64,000 nt of DNA, from NCBI RefSeq assembly GCF_055900595.2, contig NZ_CM148325.1; one strand, written 5' to 3'. The notes below the pieces were generated by a model. It saw only the letters and a list, made by a program, of their open reading frames with translations, was not told the origin of the DNA and did not search any database. Made by a program: the position numbers and the translations under genes. This document shows, piece by piece, positions 55,856 to 64,000 of the stretch. Positions within the stretch are counted from its first letter, which is position 1; each line of letters opens with the position of its first letter.

Positions 55856-55859
55856 CAAA

Positions 55860-56843
55860 GTGTTAAAAAAATATCTTCCCCTGCTGTTGCTCTGTACAGC
55901 ACCCGCTTTCGCTAAACCCGTTCTGACTGTTTATACCTACGATTCCTTCGCCGCCGACTGGGGGCCAGGTCCGGTGGTGAAAAAAGCCTTTGAAGCCGAC
56001 TGTAATTGCGAACTGAAACTGGTGGCGCTGGAAGATGGCGTTTCGCTTCTCAACCGTCTGCGGATGGAAGGCAAAAACAGTAAAGCCGATGTGGTGCTGG
56101 GGCTGGATAACAATCTGTTAGATGCCGCCAGCAAAACCGGGCTGTTTGCTAAAAGCGGTGTGGCAGCGGATGCCGTTAACGTTCCCGGCGGCTGGAATAA
56201 TGACACTTTCGTCCCGTTTGATTACGGCTATTTCGCCTTCGTCTATGACAAGAACAAACTGAAAAATCCGCCGCAAAGCCTGAAAGAATTGGTTGAAAGC
56301 GATCAAAACTGGCGGGTGATTTATCAGGATCCGCGTACCAGTACGCCGGGCCTGGGCCTGTTGTTGTGGATGCAAAAAGTCTATGGCGATGACGCCCCAC
56401 AAGCCTGGCAGAAGCTGGCGAAGAAAACGGTCACGGTCACCAAAGGCTGGAGCGAAGCCTACGGCCTGTTTTTAAAAGGCGAAAGCGATCTGGTACTGAG
56501 TTACACCACCTCTCCGGCTTATCACATTCTCGAAGAGAAGAAAGATAACTACGCCGCCGCGAACTTCAGCGAAGGTCACTATTTGCAAGTGGAAGTCGCC
56601 GCCCGCACCGCTGCCAGCAAACAGCCGGAGCTGGCGCAAAAATTCCTCCAGTTTATGGTTTCTCCGGCTTTTCAGAATGCGATCCCAACCGGCAACTGGA
56701 TGTATCCGGTGGCAAACGTCACGCTGCCTGCCGGTTTTGAAAAATTGACCAAACCGGCAACCACGCTGGAGTTCACGCCAGCCGAGGTGGCGGCACAACG
56801 TCAGGCATGGATTAGCGAATGGCAACGCGCCGTCAGCCGTTAA
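55860..56843 (+). CDS. thiB: thiamine/TPP ABC transporter periplasmic binding protein
   Basis: Track ORF 55848..56843 (TTG); recognised N-terminus (M)LKKYLPLLLLCTAPAFA signal peptide begins at GTG 55860 with GAGG SD; 327 aa. Confidence 0.88.
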   Translation: MLKKYLPLLLLCTAPAFAKPVLTVYTYDSFAADWGPGPVVKKAFEADCNCELKLVALEDGVSLLNRLRMEGKNSKADVVLGLDNNLLDAASKTGLFAKSGVAADAVNVPGGWNNDTFVPFDYGYFAFVYDKNKLKNPPQSLKELVESDQNWRVIYQDPRTSTPGLGLLLWMQKVYGDDAPQAWQKLAKKTVTVTKGWSEAYGLFLKGESDLVLSYTTSPAYHILEEKKDNYAAANFSEGHYLQVEVAARTAASKQPELAQKFLQFMVSPAFQNAIPTGNWMYPVANVTLPAGFEKLTKPATTLEFTPAEVAAQRQAWISEWQRAVSR

Positions 56844-58429
56844 TTCCCGGCTGGTTAATTCCAGGCGTAAGCGCCGCTACGCTTGTGGTGGCGGTTGCAC
56901 TGGCGGCATTTCTCGCCCTGTGGTGGAACGCGCCGCAGGGTGACTGGATGGCAATCTGGCAGGACAGCTACCTGTGGCATGTGGTGCGCTTCTCCTTCTG
57001 GCAGGCGTTTCTCTCGGCGCTGCTCTCTGTCGTACCCGCGATATTCCTCGCCCGCGCGCTCTATCGCAGGCGCTTTCCGGGTCGGCTGGTGCTGTTGCGT
57101 CTGTGCGCAATGACCTTGATCCTCCCGGTGCTGGTTGCTGTTTTCGGCATTCTTAGCGTCTATGGTCGCCAGGGCTGGCTGGCATCACTCTGCCAATCGC
57201 TCGGTCTGGAGTGGACCTTTTCGCCCTACGGCCTGCAAGGCATTTTGCTGGCGCACGTATTTTTTAATCTGCCGATGGCGAGCCGCTTATTGCTCCAGGC
57301 ACTGGAAAACATTCCCGGCGAACAGCGTCAGCTTGCTGCCCAGCTTGGCATGCGCGGCTGGCATTTTTTCCGCTTCGTTGAATGGCCGTGGTTACGGCGC
57401 CAAATCCCGCCGGTTGCTGCGCTGATCTTTATGCTCTGTTTCGCCAGCTTCGCCACCGTGCTGTCGCTGGGCGGTGGTCCGCAGGCGACCACTATCGAGC
57501 TGGCAATCTATCAAGCGCTGAGTTACGACTACGATCCCGCCCGCGCGGCGATGCTGGCGCTGATCCAGATGGTTTGTTGCCTTGGGCTGGTGCTGTTGAG
57601 TCAGCGACTAAGTAAGGCCATTGCGCCCGGCACCACGCTGCTGCAAGGCTGGCGCGACCCGGACGATCGTCTGCATAGCCGCATTTGCGACACGGTGTTA
57701 ATTGTGCTGGCGCTGTTGCTGTTGCTGCCACCGTTACTGGCGGTGCTCGTCGATGGGATAAATCGCCAGTTGCCGGAAGTGCTGGCGCAGCCGGTGCTGT
57801 GGCAGGCGCTGTGGACCTCGTTGCGTATTGCGCTGGCGGCAGGCGTATTGTGCGTGGTGCTGACCATGATGCTGCTATGGAGCAGTCGCGAACTGCGGGC
57901 ACGGCAAAAAATGCTGGCGGGCCAGGCGCTGGAGATGAGCGGCATGTTGATCCTCGCTATGCCGGGGATTGTGCTGGCAACGGGCTTCTTTTTACTGCTC
58001 AACAACACCATCGGCCTGCCACAATCTGCTGACGGCATCGTGATTTTCACCAATGCGTTAATGGCCATCCCTTATGCGCTGAAAGTGCTGGAAAACCCGA
58101 TGCGCGATATCACTGCCCGCTATAGCATGCTTTGTCAGTCGCTGGGCATTGAAGGCTGGTCGCGCTTAAAAGTGGTGGAGCTGCGCGCCCTGAAACGTCC
58201 GCTGGCGCAGGCGCTGGCCTTTGCCTGTGTACTGTCGATTGGTGATTTTGGCGTGGTGGCGTTGTTCGGTAACGATGATTTCCGAACCCTACCGTTTTAT
58301 CTCTACCAGCAAATTGGCTCCTATCGCAGCCAGGACGGCGCGGTCACCGCGTTAATTCTGCTGCTGCTCTGTTTTCTGCTGTTTACCGTGATTGAAAAAC
58401 TACCGGGGCGAAATGTTAAAACTGACTGA
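56819..58429 (+). CDS. thiP: thiamine ABC transporter permease
   Basis: ORF track 536 aa; two permease-like halves, multi-TM; overlaps thiB end. Confidence 0.92.
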   Translation: MATRRQPLIPGWLIPGVSAATLVVAVALAAFLALWWNAPQGDWMAIWQDSYLWHVVRFSFWQAFLSALLSVVPAIFLARALYRRRFPGRLVLLRLCAMTLILPVLVAVFGILSVYGRQGWLASLCQSLGLEWTFSPYGLQGILLAHVFFNLPMASRLLLQALENIPGEQRQLAAQLGMRGWHFFRFVEWPWLRRQIPPVAALIFMLCFASFATVLSLGGGPQATTIELAIYQALSYDYDPARAAMLALIQMVCCLGLVLLSQRLSKAIAPGTTLLQGWRDPDDRLHSRICDTVLIVLALLLLLPPLLAVLVDGINRQLPEVLAQPVLWQALWTSLRIALAAGVLCVVLTMMLLWSSRELRARQKMLAGQALEMSGMLILAMPGIVLATGFFLLLNNTIGLPQSADGIVIFTNALMAIPYALKVLENPMRDITARYSMLCQSLGIEGWSRLKVVELRALKRPLAQALAFACVLSIGDFGVVALFGNDDFRTLPFYLYQQIGSYRSQDGAVTALILLLLCFLLFTVIEKLPGRNVKTD

Positions 58430-59111
58430 TATCACCTGGCTTTATCACCATTTGCCGATGCGTTTTAGCTTAACGGTGGAACCCGGCGAGCAGGTGGCGA
58501 TCCTCGGGCCAAGCGGCGCGGGTAAAAGTACCCTGCTAAATTTGATCGCCGGTTTTCTGACGCCAGCCAGCGGTTCGCTGACTATCGAGGGTATTGATCA
58601 CACCACTACGCCGCCGTCACGCCGTCCGGTGTCGATGCTGTTTCAGGAGAACAACCTGTTCAGTCACCTGACGGTCGCGCAGAACATCGGGCTGGGGCTA
58701 AATCCGGGCTTGAAACTGAACGCGGCGCAGCAGGAGAAAATGCACGCTATTGCCCGTCAGATGGGGATTGATAATTTAATGGCGCGGTTACCGGGCGAGC
58801 TTTCCGGCGGTCAGCGACAGCGCGTGGCGTTAGCGCGTTGTCTGGTGCGCGAACAGCCGATTTTATTGCTCGATGAACCGTTCTCTGCGCTCGATCCGGC
58901 GTTACGTCAGGAGATGCTGACGCTGGTGAGCACGAGCTGCCAGCAGCAAAAAATGACGCTATTGATGGTGTCGCACAGTGTGGAAGATGCGGCGCGGATC
59001 GCCACACGCTCGGTGGTGGTCGCCGACGGGCGCATCGCCTGGCAGGGTAAGACTGAAGAATTGTTGAGCGGTAAGGCGAGTGCTTCGGCAATATTGGGGA
59101 TTACGGGTTAG
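58413..59111 (+). CDS. thiQ: thiamine ABC transporter ATP-binding protein
   Basis: Track ORF 58392..59111 (TTG) trimmed to [13 protein letters not shown]... (232 aa); Walker [10 protein letters not shown], signature LSGGQRQR. Confidence 0.92.
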   Translation: MLKLTDITWLYHHLPMRFSLTVEPGEQVAILGPSGAGKSTLLNLIAGFLTPASGSLTIEGIDHTTTPPSRRPVSMLFQENNLFSHLTVAQNIGLGLNPGLKLNAAQQEKMHAIARQMGIDNLMARLPGELSGGQRQRVALARCLVREQPILLLDEPFSALDPALRQEMLTLVSTSCQQQKMTLLMVSHSVEDAARIATRSVVVADGRIAWQGKTEELLSGKASASAILGITG

Positions 59112-59114
59112 TAT

Positions 59115-59210
<96 letters not shown>

Positions 59211-59223
59211 CACAGACTATCCC

Positions 59224-59988
59224 CTAAACCCCAACCACTTTCCGCAAAATATCGATATATACCGGCATCAACGGGTGGCGAATTAACACCACCAGCGCCA
59301 CCACGCCGATGGCAGAAATCAACGGTGTCAACCACAACAAATGACCGCGCGACAAATAATGACTTAAACGATCAGTTACCTTGCCGCTGCGCCATAACCG
59401 CCAACACAGCCAGCCGCCAACCCACAAAAACACCGCTGTTGCCAGCAGCAACCACTTAAATTCACCGCTCTGCATCCCGGCAGGAATATCGATCGCCGCA
59501 CCCGCCAGAATCCCCGGCAGGAAGTAAAACGGAGGCCATAACAGGCAGCCGATAATATTTGGCGTAATAAATTTCGCCACCGGGAGATCCAACATTCCCG
59601 CCACCATTGGCACCAGCGGACGCGTCGGGCCGACAAAACGACCGACCAGAATGGTAAACATGCTGTGTTGATGCAACGCATGTTCAGTTTTATCGAGTAA
59701 TGCTTTGTTCTTCTTCAGAAATGACCAGCGATGCAACGGCTTTTTAAAACGCCAGCCCAGCCAGAAGGAGATCCAGTCGCCCAGCAGGCAACCGACGATC
59801 CCTGCCAGCCAGGCGTGCCAGAAACTTAACTCGCCGCTGCCAATCAGCGCCCCCAGTCCCGCCATTAGCACCGTACCGGGTAAAATCAAACCGACCAGCG
59901 CCAGCGACTCCAGAAAGGCCACCAACACCACCGCCATCAATGAATACACGGTGGATTGGGTAATAAAGTGTTCCAGCAATGCTTGCAT
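59224..59988 (-). CDS. yabI: DedA-family inner membrane protein
   Basis: ORF track 254 aa; multi-TM DedA/SNARE-associated pattern. Confidence 0.88.
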   Translation of the reverse strand: MQALLEHFITQSTVYSLMAVVLVAFLESLALVGLILPGTVLMAGLGALIGSGELSFWHAWLAGIVGCLLGDWISFWLGWRFKKPLHRWSFLKKNKALLDKTEHALHQHSMFTILVGRFVGPTRPLVPMVAGMLDLPVAKFITPNIIGCLLWPPFYFLPGILAGAAIDIPAGMQSGEFKWLLLATAVFLWVGGWLCWRLWRSGKVTDRLSHYLSRGHLLWLTPLISAIGVVALVVLIRHPLMPVYIDILRKVVGV

Positions 59989-60073
59989 AATGTGCCTGTC
60001 AAATGGACGAAGCAGGGATTCTGCAAACCCTATGCTACTCCGTCAAGCCGTCAATTATCTGATTCGTTACCAA

Positions 60074-60952
60074 TTATGACAACTTGACGGCTACATCATT
60101 CACTTTTTCTTCACAACCGGCACGGAACTCACTGGGGCTGGCCCCGGTGCATTTTTTAAATACCCGCGAGAAATAGAGTTGATCGTCAAAGCCAACATTG
60201 CGACCGACAGTGGCGATAGGCATCCGTGTGGTGCTCAAAAGCAGCTTCGCCTGGCTGATGCGTTGGTCCTCGCGCCAGCTTAAGACACTAATCCCTAACT
60301 GTTGGCGGAACAGATGTGACAGACGCGACGGCGACAGGCAGACATGCTGCGCCACGCTGGCGATATCAAAATTGCTGTCTGCCAGGTGATCGCTGATGTA
60401 CTGACAAGCCTCGCGTACCCGATTATCCATCGGTGGGTGGAGCGACTCGTTAATCGCTTCCATGCGCCGCAGTAACAATTGCTCAAGCAGATTTATCGCC
60501 AGCAATTCCGAATAGCGCCCTTCCCCTTGCCCGGCGTTAATGATTTGCCCAAACAGGTCGCTGAAATGCGGCTGGTGCGCTTCATCCGGGCGAAAGAAAC
60601 CGGTATTGGCAAATATTGACGGCCAGTTAAGCCATTCATGCCAGTAGGCGCGCGGACGAAAGTAAACCCACTGGTGATACCATTCGCGAGCCTCCGGATG
60701 ACGACCGTAGTGATGAATCTCTCCTGGCGGGAACAGCAAAATATCACCCGGTCGGCAGACAAATTCTCGTCCCTGATTTTTCACCACCCCCTGGCCGCGT
60801 ATGGTGAGATTGAGAATATAACCCTTCATTCCCAGCGGTCGGTCGATAAAAAAATCGAGATATCCGTTGGCCTCAATCGGCGTTAAACCCGCCACCAGAT
60901 GGGCGTTAAACGAGTATCCCGGCAGCAGGGGATCATTTTGCGCTTCAGCCAT
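60074..60952 (-). CDS. araC: arabinose operon regulator AraC
   Basis: Track ORF 60074..61003 trimmed to [45 protein letters not shown]... (292 aa) at ATG 60950-60952. Confidence 0.95.
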
Positions 60953-61099
60953 ACTTTTCATACTCCCGCCATTCAGAGAAGAAACCAATTGTCCATATTG
61001 CATTAGACATTGCCGTCACTGCGTCTTTTACTGGCTCTTCTCGCTAATCCAACCGGTAACCCCGCTTATTAAAAGCATTCTGTAACAAAGCGGGACCAA

Positions 61100-62991
<1,892 letters not shown>

Positions 62992-63001
62992 GGACACGAC
63001 A

Positions 63002-64000
63002 ATGACGATTTTTGATAATTATGAAGTGTGGTTTGTAATTGGCAGCCAGCACCTGTATGGCCCCGAAACCCTACGTCAGGTCACCCAACATGCCGAACAC
63101 GTCGTTAATGCGCTGAATACGGAAGCGAAACTGCCCTGCAAACTGGTGCTGAAACCGCTGGGCACCACGCCGGATGAAATCACCGCTATTTGCCGTGACG
63201 CGAATTACGACGATCGTTGCGCTGGTCTGGTGGTATGGCTGCACACCTTTTCCCCGGCCAAAATGTGGATCAACGGCCTGACCATGCTCAACAAACCGTT
63301 GCTGCAATTCCACACCCAGTTCAACGCGGCGCTGCCGTGGGACAGTATCGACATGGACTTTATGAACCTGAACCAGACTGCACATGGCGGTCGCGAGTTC
63401 GGCTTCATTGGCGCGCGTATGCGTCAGCAACATGCTGTCGTTACCGGTCACTGGCAGGATAAACAAGCACATGAGCGTATCGGCTCCTGGATGCGTCAGG
63501 CGGTATCTAAACAGGATACCCGTCATCTGAAAGTCTGCCGTTTTGGCGATAACATGCGTGAAGTGGCGGTCACCGATGGCGATAAAGTTGCCGCACAGAT
63601 CAAGTTCGGTTTCTCCGTCAATACCTGGGCGGTTGGCGATCTGGTGCAGGTAGTGAACTCCATCAGCGATGGCGATGTTAACGCGCTGGTCGATGAGTAC
63701 GAAAGCTGCTACACCATGACGCCTGCGACACAAATCCACGGCGAAAAACGACAGAACGTGCTGGAAGCGGCGCGTATTGAGCTGGGGATGAAGCGTTTCC
63801 TGGAACAAGGTGGCTTCCACGCGTTCACCACCACCTTTGAAGATTTGCACGGTCTGAAGCAGCTTCCTGGTCTGGCCGTACAGCGTCTGATGCAGCAGGG
63901 CTACGGCTTTGCGGGCGAAGGCGACTGGAAAACTGCCGCCCTGCTTCGCATCATGAAGGTGATGTCAACCGGTCTGCAGGGCGGCACCTCCTTTATGGAG
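63002..64000 (+). CDS. araA: L-arabinose isomerase, N-terminal 333 codons (gene continues beyond window end)
   Basis: ATG 63002 then [26 protein letters not shown]... open in frame to position 64000; not in ORF track because no stop in window. Confidence 0.92.

Noticed and set aside
63071-63850. 259-aa minus-strand ORF
   Set aside because: Antisense to araA, which is open in frame from 63002 to the window end and matches L-arabinose isomerase.

Overview
This 64-kb window is an ordinary, densely coding stretch of Escherichia coli-type (Escherichia/Shigella) core chromosome; I find no credible previously undescribed system in it. Read on the + strand it is inverted relative to K-12 numbering, and gene order is collinear with my recollection of K-12: acnB (5' part) - yacH - lpdA - aceF - aceE - pdhR - aroP - ampE - ampD - nadC - ppdD - hofB - hofC - guaC - coaE - zapD - yacG - mutT - secA - secM - lpxC - the complete dcw division/cell-wall cluster (ftsZ ftsA ftsQ ddlB murC murG ftsW murD mraY murF murE ftsI ftsL rsmH mraZ) - cra - ilvH - ilvI - leuO - leuL leuA leuB leuC leuD - sgrS/sgrT - sgrR - thiB thiP thiQ - yabI - araC - araB - araA (5' part). 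Protein lengths and intergenic spacings match what I recall for K-12, with two small exceptions (yacH +2 aa, mutT +3 aa). There are no tRNA or rRNA genes, CRISPR arrays, insertion sequences, integrases or prophage-like blocks; the only repeats are REP/BIME palindromic clusters and intragenic tandem repeats in yacH and aceF. Known RNA-level regulators are readable directly: the thiB TPP riboswitch, the leu leader and attenuator, the dual-function sRNA sgrS with its sgrT ORF, the SecM arrest peptide and the MraZ operator repeats. All identifications are by reading the translations and motifs myself; no database search was run. Most long ORFs in the six-frame track on the opposite strand of these genes are antisense shadows, and many track ORFs begin at upstream in-frame alternative starts, which I trimmed to the recognised N-termini.
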